Assembly: GCA_004022145.1 (NCBI GenBank)
Contig: RCNU01000002.1
Length of the DNA stretch: 64,000 nucleotides
From: Paecilomyces variotii
Taxonomy: Eukaryota
Strand: one strand, 5' to 3'
The notes beneath the pieces were generated by a model that was given only the letters and a program-made list of their open reading frames with translations, was not told where the DNA came from and did no database searches. Positions 11,774-24,974 of this stretch are shown piece after piece. Position 1 is the stretch's first letter. Each line of letters starts with the position of its first letter. The position numbers were made by a program, and so were the translations under genes.

Positions 11774-14700
11774 ATGGCGCGCGCAGCGAATATACCCGCG
11801 TCCTCGTCGCCCCCGCGGGCAGGTCGTGGTAGACCGCGCGCTACGGAAACTGCAACAACGGCAGCAGCAGCAGATGCGAAAGCTGCTGCGCTTTCGAAAC
11901 CACGGAGAGGGAGACCACCCAAGGCACGCACTACTGCGGAACCGAAGAAGAGTACGGTGCTGAAACCGACGGCGTCTAGCGTTGCGAAGAGGAACAATGT
12001 GGTGGTTAATAATGACAATGACGATGATGATATGACGGATGATGAGATTGGGTCGATTGTCGCGAAGCAGAAGACGAAGCCTGCTTCTTCTACCGTGGGA
12101 AGGGCAGCTGCTACGACTACGAAGGCGACTAGTCGGGTTACGAAGACTGCGAAGAGCAATGCGCAGATTGACAGCGATGATGATGACGAATTGGCACAAC
12201 CGGAAATTCCGAAGAGGAAAGTTGGTCGACCACCGAAAACGAAGCCTGTTGAGAAAGAGAGCAGTACACCACCAGAAGTGGCTGCCCCTAGACCGAGAGG
12301 TCGCCCGAGGTTGAATGCACCGAAGGCTCCTGCGGCCGGTGCTGGCGCGGGCACGCAGCGAAAGGTTACGACGACGCGGACTGCAGCGACTGCAAATACT
12401 GAAGCAAGGCAAACAGGCCGTGGGACTACGCTGAGCTCTTTGTCCAGTGTGAAGTCGAGTTTTCTGAAGGAGCCAGCAAAGAAAAAGAAGGTTACTTTCC
12501 AGGACCTTATCGATTCCGATGATGACATCCCTGTGGTGGCTGAATCTGTCCCGGCAAAGAAATCAACTGCGGCTTCAACTATGCAGTCAGGGTTGAAAGC
12601 AAAGCCTGTCCGCAAGGCAGCTGGTTCTGGCCGGGGACGCAAGCCTGCAGCTGCCAAGGACACTGTCCAGCCTCTGTCACCAAAGAAGGCTACGCAGGTT
12701 GCCAAGTCAAGCTCTCATGCTGGCTCTGATAACCCGGACGATGACGAGTTGAGCAGTGCAAAGGTCGAGGAGAAAGCGCTTGTCAAATCTCCTATTAGGC
12801 ACTCTGAAAACACAGTGCTTGCTTCTCCCATTAAAAGAATCAACTTTGCCGCTCCTGCCTTTTCGCCAAGGCCCAGGGCTTCTGAAGACATTGAAAACAA
12901 TGAAAATGCCACCCTGAGATCGAACCGCCCTGTCGAATTTGGCGATGCGCGCTTCATGGCCAGTCCTGCTAGGAGGCTTCCATCTTCACCCTTCCACTTC
13001 ACGATGAAGGAGACCCCTCGCCGAGCTATGATTTTGAACAAAGATCAGGCTGACCCTAGCGCTCATCCGGAGCCCGCTGCTTTACGGGCTTCGCCCCTGA
13101 AGGCCTCCCCGAAGAAAGGTCCCCTCTTCAAACAGCCCGCCGGCAACTCTCCTAGCTCTTCGCCATTCAAGCTGTCTCTCTTGAAGAGCCCGGCTAAGCG
13201 TGTATGCTCTCCATTTAAACTGGCCCTGTCACCTGAAAAGGACCGTTTCCACAAGATGGGAGACAACGAGGACGCTGCGGAAACTGATATGATTTCTGGC
13301 CATCGCGACGATGGATCCCCTCGTCCAATCGGTTATCGAAGAAGTGAATCGGTTCAAGCGAAGACTTCTGATGGTGAAGTCTGGCTCGATGACCCATTTG
13401 TGGATGCCCCTGTGGAGACTGAAGAGGAGGCACTCAATATGGAAGATGAAGAAATGCCACAACAGCAGCATGTCACTACTGAAGCAGAAGAAGAGGATTT
13501 GGAAGAGCCAGTCGAGCCCGCTGAGGTGGAAATGCAACAAAATGAACTCCGCCACCATCACTTTGAAGTCGAGGAAGCGCAGGACGAACAAGACACCGAA
13601 GAACCATACCAAATAATAGAAGTGCCGCTTGAGACCAACGGCGAAAATGAAAATGTCGTCATTGAAGAACTACATCTCTCATCGCCGTCCCTCAATCTTG
13701 AGGTGTTCGAGGGACAGGAGCATCTCATAGACCGCAATAGCCCTGCAAGAGGAGGACCCGCCCAAAAGGATGGCGAAGAAGGGCAAGAAGAGGAGCGGGA
13801 GGAAGAAAATGAAGAAACAAATGGACCCGAGGAATTGCATGAGCTAGCAGCTGAAGAACCATGCCTTGATGATGCAGTCGACCGTCCCGTTGAGCAACAT
13901 GCTAGGTCATCGCCTGAGCCTGAGATGGAAATGCAAGAAGATGTACCGGAGCGTCAGAGCCTCACAAAGGAAGAGATGCTTCAGGAGGAACAGCACGAAG
14001 ATGAAGAAGCTGTTGAACAACCTGAGCAAATTACGGAAGAGTCCATGGATGTCGAAGACGCAGGGGATGATGCTGTCATGAGTGACTCCGGTATCCCTTC
14101 ACCATATCGTGAACCCACGACATTTGAAATCGAAGAAGGCGTCGACGACAACGAAGGCTCCGAAGAACAGGAAGTGATACAGGCCGAGGAAGAAGGCGAA
14201 GAGCCGTCCCTAATCCTAGAAAAACACCTAGAGAATCAGGAAAACATGAGCCCGGCCGTTGAACAGACAGGTTTTCCCTCGCCATTCTCTGAGGCCAGAA
14301 TGATTCACCTCAGCTCCCCTGCCTCATCTGTGCACCATTCCTACGAAACAGAGGAAAACATGGAGGAGGTACAACATGAGCCTCAACATATTCAGCCCTC
14401 ACCGACCATGTCTCCTGCTAAGGAAGTTACATATGAGCCTCGTGAGGAAGATGATGCAGAGTCTGACACCGACCCTGTTGTGGATACCTTGCTGTTTGAT
14501 GCCAAACGGGCTCGCCGAAGCCAAGTCTTTGTGCAACCGGCAACGCCTGGTTCTGTTCGCCAGAGATATAATGAAGACACCATCATCCAAGGAGACGAAG
14601 ACGGCGCAGATTTAGGATTTACTCCGTTGGCCGCGCAGCTCAGCGAGTGGAAAGCCAGCACCCCAGTGGAGTCCCAGCCCAGACGTCCTCGGCGCCGAGG

Positions 14701-16531
14701 AGTTTTCTCTCTTGCTGGAAACTCAAGAAGTTCTTTAGCATCTACTCGGAAGTCGACACACGATCATCGATACCGACTGAGGAAGAGCTCGTCAACTTTC
14801 AGGAGATCTTCGCTCGGGCTTTCTATGTTTAACTTGGAGTCGTTGGAAGTTGAGCAAGAGGCTACGAGCGCGCCTTCTGTGGCCGAAATCCCAGACGCCC
14901 CTTCTCCGGTCCGTGAGCTCGACAATACGGAGTCTCTAGACAAGGCTGAGGCCGATAACGCACCCAGCGATGCACACGTTTACTCAGATGCAGATGAGGC
15001 ACCAGAACTAGAGAATGAGGACCTTCTCCAAGAACCTGAGGAACATATCACTGATGAGCTAGTGCACTCTATCCAGGAGTCATTAAACCAGGACATACTT
15101 CTACAGTCCGAGGAGAACGTGGAAGCTTGGGACAAAGATACAGCTTCTGAACAAGAAGATGAACCGGCAGAGCCTCTCCCGTCTGCTGAGGAAGACAAGG
15201 AAAATGATGAAATGGCTGCGTTATCGCTTCCCAGTACTCCAAAGAGAGCTACTCCTGGTCATTTGCGCACAGTGCACACTGTGTCCAAGGTTCCTTTGAG
15301 ACCAGAAGGCGTGGTGTCGCCGCTGAAGGTATCCAGGAAAAGAGCGAGGTCACTTTCCTCTGGACCGGCCACTCGAGCGTCCCCGAGAATTCGGGCTGCA
15401 ATGACCAAAAGCCAGACTTCTCCGGCTGTGTCGCCTCGTAAGCACAGCCTTGCTTTGAGACCATCTCAACCGGAGTACTGTGATCAAACCGACGAGCCGG
15501 CCCGTGCCGACGACCCACCAACCAGTGCAAAGTCAAGAAGAGTCAGCTCTCCGGTCGACCCTTTCCAGGATGCTGCAGACGTACCACAAGTCCTCAAGGG
15601 CGTCACGGCGTTCGTGGATGTCCATACGACTGAAGGAGAAGACGCGAGTGGTATATTCATTGAACTCCTCACCCAGATGGGTGCTAGATGTGTCAAATCT
15701 TGGTCTTGGAATCCCAGAGCTAGCTTGTCCCCGGTCGACGGAGCTGAACCAAAGGAAAACAGGGTCGGCATCACGCATGTCATCTACAAGGACGGCGGTG
15801 TGCGGACTCTCGAGAAGGTGCGACAAGCAGGCGGCCTTGTGAAGTGTGTTGGCGTATCCTGGGTCCTTGAGTAAGTCTCCCTTATCGGTTCCTTCTAGCC
15901 GCAAGAAGGAAATCTGGGGTAATCGAAAGCAAAATGCTAACTATTCTTTAGCTGCGAGAGAGAGAATCGATGGCTGGACGAGGCCCACTACCTTGTTGAT
16001 AGTTCCATCATTCCCCGTGGTGGTGCCAAACGGAGAAAGAGCATGCAGCCTCGAAGCTTGAGCAACGTCAATGGAACCTTGGTGAAAGCGGATGGACCTA
16101 CCTACCCTCGCGCTGGTCGAGTTTCCGGTGTAGACCGGGAGTCAGTGCGGGAGTTCATCAGGCTCACTCCCCCTTCACCAGCCAAGCAGTCTCCTAACTA
16201 CCAAGACACTTTCTCGACACCAGCCAAAGATACCTTCTCAGGATCCAGCCGGAGACTATCGCAGCAACCTAGCACTCCGGGGCAAAGCGGGTTCGATTTC
16301 AACTTCGACTTTGATCCGAGCAGCTTCTCCCCAACCACTCCGTATTACCTCTCCAAGGGAGCAAAGCTGGTCCAGCAGACCTGCCCACCCAAGCAGACGC
16401 GAGAGGGTCTATTCCCGATCAGTGGACGAATTGAAGACGAATCTAGCTCGAAACTGAGAGCCAAACTGGAAGCTGCTAGGCGGAAGAGTCTAGCCTTCAA
16501 ACCGAGACGCGAAAGTCCTCTCAAGAAATAA
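11774..16531 (+). CDS. Large disordered nuclear protein with N-terminal AT-hooks and one C-terminal BRCT domain (microcephalin-like architecture)
   Basis: GRP cores (GRGRPR, RGRPPK, VGRPPK, RGRPR). BRCT-like segment VLKGVTAFVDV...GARC...THVIYKDGG...WVLDC across intron 15871-15951. Acidic central region and many S/T-P sites. Confidence 0.82.
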
Positions 16532-16929
16532 GAGTCTTCTTTCTCTCCCTGTGTGTGTACTACATTACTTCTTTTGTTCAGATCTTCCGTTGATACCCGC
16601 TCTGGCGCGTGCTCTAAGGTGTCTATATCATGTTTTGTGTTGAGACATGGGTTGTTTCGAGTACTTGTCCCTCCACAGTGCAAAGGATTTGGCGTTTCAG
16701 GAAACAGCAAGATGTGCATTGGATTAGATTAGATTGGTTAGGACCTAGGGGTTGGATTACGGGGCAGGGCTTGGTTTTTCACTAGTTTTGGTAATCAATT
16801 TAGACAAACAGCTGTTTTATGTCTCTATCATATCTTCATTTTTCATAACTTTTCCCACTCGCCTTCCTCTTTTCTTTTTTAATAGAACGTATACAAACAG
16901 ATCCAAGAGATAGATGACAATATTCTCTC

Positions 16930-18709
16930 TTAAATAGGATTACTCTCTTCCATCTCCTCGCGATAGAACCCAGCAACAAGGAACGCCAGCTCCAAAGCCT
17001 GCTTCTCATTCAAGCGCGGATCACAGAATGTCGTGTACCTCTCACTCAGACCCTCCTCAGTCAAACCACCCGCACCACCCACACACTCCGTGACGGCCTC
17101 ACCGGTCAATTCGAGATGCATACCGCCGAGGAAAGAGCCCGCTTCACGATGGATAGCGAGCGCCTGCTTCAATTCAGAGAGGATATCGCTAAAGTGGCGC
17201 GTCTTCACACCCGACGGGGTCGTCTGGGTGTTTCCGTGCATGGGATCGCATTGCCAGACGGGTATGTGGCCTGATTTCTGAACGGCGGCGATATGAGCGG
17301 GGAGGTGGTCGGCGATTTTCTTTGCGCCGTAGCGCGAGATGAGGGTGACTTTTCCGATTTCCTTTGTTGGATTGACGACGTCGAGGAGAGCGACGAGTTC
17401 GTCGGGAGCCATGCTGGGTCCGATCTTGATGCCGATTGGGTTACATAGACCGCGGAAGAACTCGACGTGGGCGCCTGTGAGCTGGCGAGTGCGGTCGCCG
17501 ATCCAGAGGAAGTGAGCGGAGGTGGCGTAGTAGCCTCTTGGTGGAGGGGTTCCGGATGTTGAGGCGATAGAGGCCTTGCGAGTGGATGGGGATGTGAGAT
17601 CGGATTCAGGCAGAGCGTTGGGTGGGTGGCGGAGGAGACGGGTTAGGCTCTGTTCGTATTCGAGAAGGAGACCTTCGTGACTTGTGTAGATGTCGACGGT
17701 TTCGATGCCTCTGGCTGTGTCGAGGCCGACTGTGCGCATGAACCGTAATGAGTCCGTGACGCGGTTGACTATCCGTTCGTACTTCTCTTTGATTGATGGG
17801 CTGGCCACATGGCCAAGGCCCCAGTCTAGGGGAGAGTGCAGGTCCGCAAGACCGGATGTCAGGGACGCGCGGAGGTAGTTGAGTGTTGCGGCGGAGTGGA
17901 AGTATGCAGAGACCAGTCGGGATGGGTCTGGTCTTCGAGAAATGGCGTCTGCGGGATAGCCGTTGATATTGTCTCCTCGGAAAGAAGGCATCGTGACACC
18001 ATTGATGGTTTCCATGGGGCTCGAACGAGGTCTTTGAATGTATTTAATTAACCGTGTGTGATATCAGGGCTGGTTTGGCTACTCACTTGGCAAACTGGCC
18101 TGCAATTCGAGCTATACGGACCACAGGTTTGTTGGCTCCTAAGGAGATATTATTAGCTTAGCTCCAGACCGAATAGTCATTATTTTCAGGGCTTGAATTG
18201 AATTACCCCAAATCAAAATCAGACTCATCTGTAACAGGAGTTTGACCTTGGCCTCGATCATCTCCTGGTTGCAGTAGTCGAATAGTTCAGCGCAGTCTCC
18301 TGTATATCCGCACATAGCCGTAAGTATCCGGACGGGGATTTGTAGGGCGACAATGGAGTCACAAGAAGACGACGACTAGACGAACCTCCCTGAAGAACGA
18401 AGGCTTTTCCCAAAGCGACATTCCTTAAACTCTTCTTAAGATTGACGATCTGTTCCACCACACTGTAAGCCTTTACAATCCACATCTGCTGCTTTTTTGA
18501 GGACAATAGCGCACCTCCTGCGGGGTTACCAGCGGCGGTAGTTGCTGCAGCTTCGTGAGCGCAGTCTGCACGCCTTCGGCGTCTTCGTATGTGACATCTT
18601 GCTTGATTGGCTTCGTAGTCCACGCTGCAGAAGCGATACATTAGTATGAGAGGGCAATGGGTGTGATTGCTGAGAAAAGCGACGTACAAGTTGGGTTCCA
18701 GTCCGCCAT
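16930..18709 (-). CDS. Class II DAHP synthase (3-deoxy-7-phosphoheptulonate synthase); multi-exon
   Basis: MADWNP start at 18709. Motifs LQGGDCAE, IAGQFAKPRS, FRGDNING, YTSHEGLLLEYE, HFLWIGDRTR, CDPMHGNT and CDPRLN. Confidence 0.95.
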
Positions 18710-18715
18710 GACTCA
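18709..18715. promoter_or_regulatory. Perfect Gcn4/CpcA element TGACTCA at the DAHP synthase start codon; second copy at 19237-19243
   Basis: Exact TGACTCA matches at both ends of the DAHP/HYPK divergent intergenic region. Confidence 0.4.
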
Positions 18716-19308
18716 AATCGGCCGATGAGGGGCACTCGTTTCCTTCTGCTGCAATGAAACCAATTCGAAAGTTGATGGTCCTCTCTCAAGCAACAGTTAT
18801 AATGCGCAAAATGACAGATCTCAGCAGGTAAGGCCCAATTCTTCAGAACCTGAGTTCTGCAAACGGTCACCAGGGTTAACTAAACCCTGGAATTTTTTCC
18901 GCGACCAAAAAGTACGACACAAGATACTATGAAGGTGTAGCAAGGAGTTGGCAACGGGGCTTTCGTCTCGCAATAATGAAGCCACGAATGCGACTCGGAA
19001 TATTCGACCGTCCAAGTGCAAAGACCTCCTGAGATCTGGAGAGATGCAATGCGCGCAAAGAATGTGTAACTTAACTAGAGAATTAATTAATTAATGACGG
19101 CGATTTGGAGAGCACCACTTATCGGAGGAGCTAACCCGATATGGTAATTTCGAGCTTCTCCCCGCCCGCTGCGCTCATCGAAGGAGCTTCTTAGCAACTA
19201 CTATTACTTTACTTACTTACTATCTTGTATGCCCATTGACTCATTTCCACCTCCCACATCTCTGCATAAGATACAAGAAGCATATTAATCTCTCATACTA
19301 CATCCAAT

Positions 19309-19878
19309 ATGGCTGAACCAATCCCCTCTGCCGCTAGACCCGACCCCGAAGCTGCGGAGGTCCCCAGCAACGCGGAAGACCGCAAAGCCGCCGCCGCGCT
19401 CTCTTCCCTAAACGACAATGAGATCTCCCAAGCAGACACCGATGCGGGCTCCAAGCTTCCTTCTTCCGCGGACCAGGAGGCCCTTGGTAAGGCGATGAGT
19501 CGGCTAGAGATCGTTGCAGGAGGAGGAACAGCTGCGAAGAGCACGGATACTGCGAAGAAGGCAGACGCGCAGAAGAAAGAGGCGGAGGCTCAAAAGAAGA
19601 AAACAGTCAAGGTTGCGGCGGAGGATGTGAATTTCTTGGTGAGTGTTATATTCCGAGTTCCTCTCAATCGTGTGAAAGGTGGAGGTCGATTGCATAGTGC
19701 CTGTTTTATCTGTCCATTGAGCTTGTTGATCATACTGTTACTGACTGGAGCTTTTTATTATCAGGTCGCAGAACTGGACCTCAAGAAGAACAAGGCTACG
19801 GAGCTTCTCCAGGCCCACGATGCCGATGTCATCAAGGCTATCAAGGCTTTCGTCTCTCCTTCCGTCACGGCAAACTGA
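19309..19878 (+). CDS. HYPK-like protein (NatA/NAC-associated, C-terminal UBA-like domain)
   Basis: After removing intron 19639-19764 the C-terminus reads VKVAAEDVNFLVAELDLKKNKATELLQAHDADVIKAIKAFV, the HYPK UBA-like pattern. Confidence 0.8.
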   Translation: MAEPIPSAARPDPEAAEVPSNAEDRKAAAALSSLNDNEISQADTDAGSKLPSSADQEALGKAMSRLEIVAGGGTAAKSTDTAKKADAQKKEAEAQKKKTVKVAAEDVNFLVSVIFRVPLNRVKGGGRLHSACFICPLSLLIILLLTGAFYYQVAELDLKKNKATELLQAHDADVIKAIKAFVSPSVTAN

Positions 19879-20253
19879 TTTCCATATACAATGTCCCATA
19901 CAAATAGACGCCTACACGAAAGGGATATCGAGCGACCAGGTGGACAGGGACAGCGAATGTTTTATAAAATGTTCGCAGATACAATGAGGATGAAATGAGC
20001 GTACAGGATGTCATTAAATTAGCAAGCGACTCTTTACCAACTTGGTTTATCAAGATTGTTGGCGTTTATTGGTTATAGTATAGCTACCAAAAAGATTAAT
20101 TGATTTACGGCCAAGCGATTCAACAATGTGAAAACGTAACTCATCATCTATTCGTTTCGATCGCTAATACCAAGGTAGGTGACCCATTTATATACATATG
20201 TACATATATGTCCAGGGCAAAAAGGCATAAACGGCACAGAAGTGAATTCTCTA

Positions 20254-22260
20254 TTACCTCTGCTCCTCAGTTGTTGGCTTTCTCTCAATCCCTTTCCCTT
20301 CTTCGATAGTCCATGTGAATACCCAACCCAGCAGTGCTTCTGCTGCCAGCGCCCACCAAATAGCGCCGATAATATTGTGCTTCAATCCCATTCCCAGTCC
20401 CCAACCTCCAATGACCGGGCCCATAGTGCGTGCAGCACTCGAGATACTTTGCGCAATGCCGTGCAGTGTCCCGAGGACCGCACGTTCCGAGACAGAGTTA
20501 TTGACAAGGATGATGTTAGCAGGGAGAGCAAATGTTCTCGAGATCACCTGCAAGCCGACAACGATTGTAAAGGCTGGCCAGACTAGCCATGGCTTGGTCG
20601 GTATGAGCACGAGGAATGGCATGAGCATGTACGCAACAGGCGAAAAGGGGAGAAACGTGCGGTACGACTTCAACGTTCCAAGGTATGACTGCACTCTGGG
20701 ATACACGAATATCTGCAAAGGCAGACCGATGAGCCCAATAACAGCGGTGGCAAGACCAACACGCTCACTAGACAGTCCAAGACCGCCGCTGAAGTGCAAG
20801 CCATGTCTGCTGCTTGGGGGCATGCGTGGCATCGGTAAGAAGACGAAAATCATATTATTGAATGCACTGGTGTGAAACGCCAGCAGGAAATGCGTTAGGA
20901 GGGTTAGAAGGACGTTCTTCCTCCGTAGCTCACGTAAATTGCGTTTCTTAGGTTGAGTGTGCCTTGGTTGGGCAGGACTGGGTGGCACAGATCTATAGCC
21001 CGTACTACCTTCCAAGTCGATGGACGTCGTAGCATCAGCTTCAGTTGCAAGAGGTTCGTAGTGGCGAGGATGCCTGCGAAAGACACGTCTCGCTATGATT
21101 TTACCCAATTTACGTCCGGGGTCGGTCTTATACCTTGCAACTTCATGTGTCTAATGCTGGTTAGGGGTTTGCAGACTGAGATTGAAAGCTGGTGCATAAC
21201 CTACCTCGTCGAGCCCAAGCAGAATGGCTAGGAACGATGCGAATATGAATATCGCGCTGACGACATTTGGCAGAGCATACGGCCAATGCTGCATCCACCA
21301 GACACCATCCTTCCCCCCAAGCAGCGATCCGGGGCCGAGTAGTGAACCATATCTTTTCACTGGATCTGCCAGGATACCACCGAGGATGGGCCCAATGATT
21401 ACGCCGACATTAAAGCACATGGGCAAGATCAAGAATGCTCGTGACTGGTACCTGTCCTCAATTAGCTTCTTGCGTATTTGGAATGAAATGGCTTGTCTGT
21501 AAGAGTCGAGAGCATTTCCTCTTGTCACAGACGGCAAGACGTACTTTTTTTCTTGAATGATTTCCGCTATCATTGTCCTCATCACTCCAACATTACTGTT
21601 GAGGGCGCCACCGATCGTACGGAAGACAGCTGCTGCAATGAACGACCTCGAGAAGCCAAATCCCAGACACGAAACACACGTCCCAAATAGGCCTATCATG
21701 AGAACTCTCTTTCTCCCCATCCAGTCCGAATCCGCTAGACGTCCCCAGAAGACCGCTGTCAAGAATTGCGCAGCTGTGAAGCATCCCTGCAGAATACCAG
21801 CTTGAGAGGAAATAGTCGAATCCGGCAGAGATGGATCAAAGGACCGCAGCTGGTAGAACATATACGCCTGCAGGGACGTTTGAGTCAATGGCTCCGACAG
21901 ACGCGCAAATGTGAGGATGGCAAGCTGGCCCTTCTTCGGGAGTGATGACCATGTTACCGGCTTCTCCGTCTGCGATCGATCTGTTGCTGCTGCCGCTGTC
22001 TGTGCCTCATCTTGTTCTGTAAAAGAAGAACGGCGCGGGCTGTTCGGGTCGATTGCTGGAGAGAGACGGAGCAGCCTTCGTCGCGGAGACGACTCCGCAG
22101 CATTGAGTGTGAAGGAGTCATCACTGTCATAGCTATTTCCGTGATCTGAAAGGTCAAATCCTTGGGAGTCGGTATCGGAGTCCTGCGGTATTACAGTATG
22201 AGGTTCATTCTCGCGATCATCTGTATTTTTGAGGACTGAGGTATTCCTGGTCATGCTCAT
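20254..22260 (-). CDS. MFS transporter (ZIFL/YCR023C-like)
   Basis: Motif A-like WGRLADSDWMGRKRVL, GGALNSNVGVMRTMIAE and multiple TM helices. Intron 21452-21544 plus a second intron near 21.11-21.20 kb. The start codon is uncertain. Confidence 0.88.
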
Positions 22261-23353
22261 AGAATTGGATTCGACGCCGTCCACCGCCAGATCCGACCGG
22301 GTAGATAGCAATGAGTGGGTGGGGTGTGCTCTTGGGCAAGTTCAATACACGTTGGTAAACGGATAATAATTCTTTATCAAAATCGACTCGGGTATAGATA
22401 GGTAGGCTAAATGCACATTCGTCACATGATATAATTTTTCAGTACGCAGGAAAAATCCAGGACAAACGAATAGAAATGGCGCCTTTGGGCGTCAAGATGT
22501 TGCGAGAGGGGTCCAAAGGCTATTACCGACTAAACCCGAAGCAGGATCTAGTTCAAACTAAGTATTTGGTTAGCTATCGTGGAAACCGAAAGCAAAGAGG
22601 AACTCGCTAAAGCAGTGGAGAACCGCTTTCACGGATCTATTTGCTTCCTCCATTCCGCTTTTGATTCAATCCTCTTAAACACGCAGAGGTGATCTCATTC
22701 AGCAACCAGCTTCTACGCAATATAATCATCGCGAGGAACATCGTAAGGCACTTGTAGCAATCTCTGTGATAATCGATTATCAATAACTTGGAGAAAATCT
22801 CTGTAATTGGGTTCTAGTCCAGGTTATCACAACGATGGGAGTATATCAACTGCTTCTCTACTCATGGATAGACTCGTTCTGTTCTCTAAAACTGGCAGAA
22901 AAAAGAGCTCTGTCCAGCTGCTGTTTACGCTGTATCGGTGGTCCCCTTTCTATGATACTCACTATAGAATCGAAGTCAATGCAGGTCTTACATACTATAT
23001 CAGCCACTCTGCTAGATAGAGCCCAGCTCATGTAGATTAAGGGGAAGAAGATAAATGATTATGGTCAACACGATGAGATATCACACGATGTTATTTCTTG
23101 GAGCGAAGCTCGCTGAGCATGAATTCTATAGCAACTAGCTCAGCCTATTTATCTCTGTGTGTGGAGCCAGAAGGCGTGGGAGATTCCCGACAGGAGGCCT
23201 GTCTGTAGGCAGGCTCCGACATTATTCACTTCCAAGACAACACTTCAGGTGAAGGAGGGCAAAGCGTCCTTCCTTTGTCTTCAACCATCCATCTCTTCAT
23301 CCTGTTTCAAAGGTGACGGATATCGAGCTTTCTTAGCTGAAAGCATCCTCACC

Positions 23354-24276
23354 ATGTCATCAGAAATGGCTTTCGAGGAATCAATGAAAAAGCTCCTCTT
23401 ACATGGGGACTACTCAGACATGAAAGTGACTTGCCAGGGGTTCACTTTCAATGTCCATCGTGCCATCGTCTGCAGCCAGTCACATTTCTTTGCAAGTGCC
23501 CTGAACGCTGGTTTTGAAGTAAGTTAACAAAACTGGCATTTCTTCCAACTTTCACGACTTACCTGTTCAAGGAATCAATGACGCGTATTGTCAACCTGCC
23601 TGATGATGACCCTGGGACGATTGAACGTGTGCTTTCGTTCCTGTACCTGCAGAAGTACAATCAAAATGGACACATCGTTCCAATGGACGATGATGCAGAA
23701 CCGAAGAAGCCTGAAACTGAGCTCAGTGAATCCGACATCGAAAACTCAGTTTCCGAGGACTATGCAGGCTGCTCGGCAGACGTTGAAGACAAAAGGGCTA
23801 TCGCATACAACAACATACGAGTCTACATAGCCGCTGACAAGTATGGCATTGCTCCTTTAAAGTCTCTTGCCGGTAAGCAGTTCGCAAGCTGGACAAGTTC
23901 CAATTGGAACTCCGAAGCTTTCGACGATATAGTGCAAGAAGTGATGACCTACGTACCTCCACATGATTTACATCTTCGGGACGTCGTTATCGAAACCATA
24001 TCAAAGAACATTATTTCCCTTGTAAAAAAGGGGAGTATTTTCCAACTTATGGATACTCACGGCAGCCTTGGATCCGCGGTTATCGCGAAACTAGTGCAAA
24101 GTGATAGAGTCATGGCTACAGAAACAGAAAAACACGCTGTGCTCGACAAATTTGCGCAAAAGTTGAACGGCCGTCGCTCCTGCAGACATTGCGGTGGGGC
24201 TATGAATGTGAGGATAGAAAAAGGGGAGTGTCTAGATGGCATTATCCGTTGTGCTTCGTGTAATACAAGGCATTGA
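23354..24276 (+). CDS. BTB/POZ-domain protein with C-terminal CxxC...CxxC
   Basis: YSDMKVTC...FNVHRAIVCSQSHFF, then (after intron 23519-23571) LPDDDPGTIERVLSFLY...VYIAADKYGI. C-terminal CRHC...CASC. Confidence 0.88.
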
Positions 24277-24884
24277 GGTGAGATCTCGAATCATTCCATT
24301 GGAAGTCTAACCGTTCATCTGCTTATTTCACAATAGCCTACGATATCAGTTATTGGCGGTACATTGCGAATATACTTGATAGACGGGAGCCGTCTGACGA
24401 GATTGGAAAACCATGCGGGTAATAAGGGTCAAGGGGATGGACATAGTTTACTGGGACTGAAAGGCTTTCAATACCCCAAACAGAGCTCGAGTCTGTTTTC
24501 AGGACCTGTTGGGAAGCATCTGTGTTTATTGCCATTCAGTATCTTACCATCCATTAAGATCGGAACCTAGTCTCAATATCATCATTCTAATGACAATTTG
24601 CAATCCGTACACTCACACAACTGACAATATTGCCGCGTGTTTGAACCTTTCCAAGAGGAACTAGAGCTATACTGGACTATTTGATAGTCTATAGATTCTT
24701 TTGGGCCATGGAGACCCCTTTATCGCTTTCTATAGCTAGTAGTATACTCTTCTAAACAAAAACAAGGTCCCCCAAGTGGAGACATTCCTCTTTTTCAACG
24801 CAATATAATTCCACACAGCCCCCTCCAAAAAAACAACTCCATCATCAAACACGATGAAAAAAAAAAGTAATTTCTACTTTCAAT

Positions 24885-24974
24885 TGCGCCGACCGGGATT
24901 CGAACCCGGGCCGCAGTCTAGTCCAGCTAGAAGACAATGGGAGGACTGCATCGTAACCCCTTGACCATCGGCGC
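24885..24974 (-). tRNA. tRNA-Gly(CCC) with an 18-nt intron at canonical position 37/38
   Basis: Minus strand reads GCGCCGA TG GTC AAGGGGTTAC GAT G CAGTC CT-CCC-A [intron 24937-24920] A GACTG CGGC CCGGG TTCGAAT CCCGG TCGGCGC A. A downstream T-run (A-run on + at about 24857-24866) fits a Pol III terminator. Confidence 0.93.

Noticed and set aside
11615-12705. Long minus-strand ORFs (265 and 326 aa) opposite the AT-hook/BRCT gene
   Set aside because: They are antisense shadows of a GC-rich, low-complexity coding region and carry no recognisable motifs. The same applies to most short ORFs overlapping the called genes.
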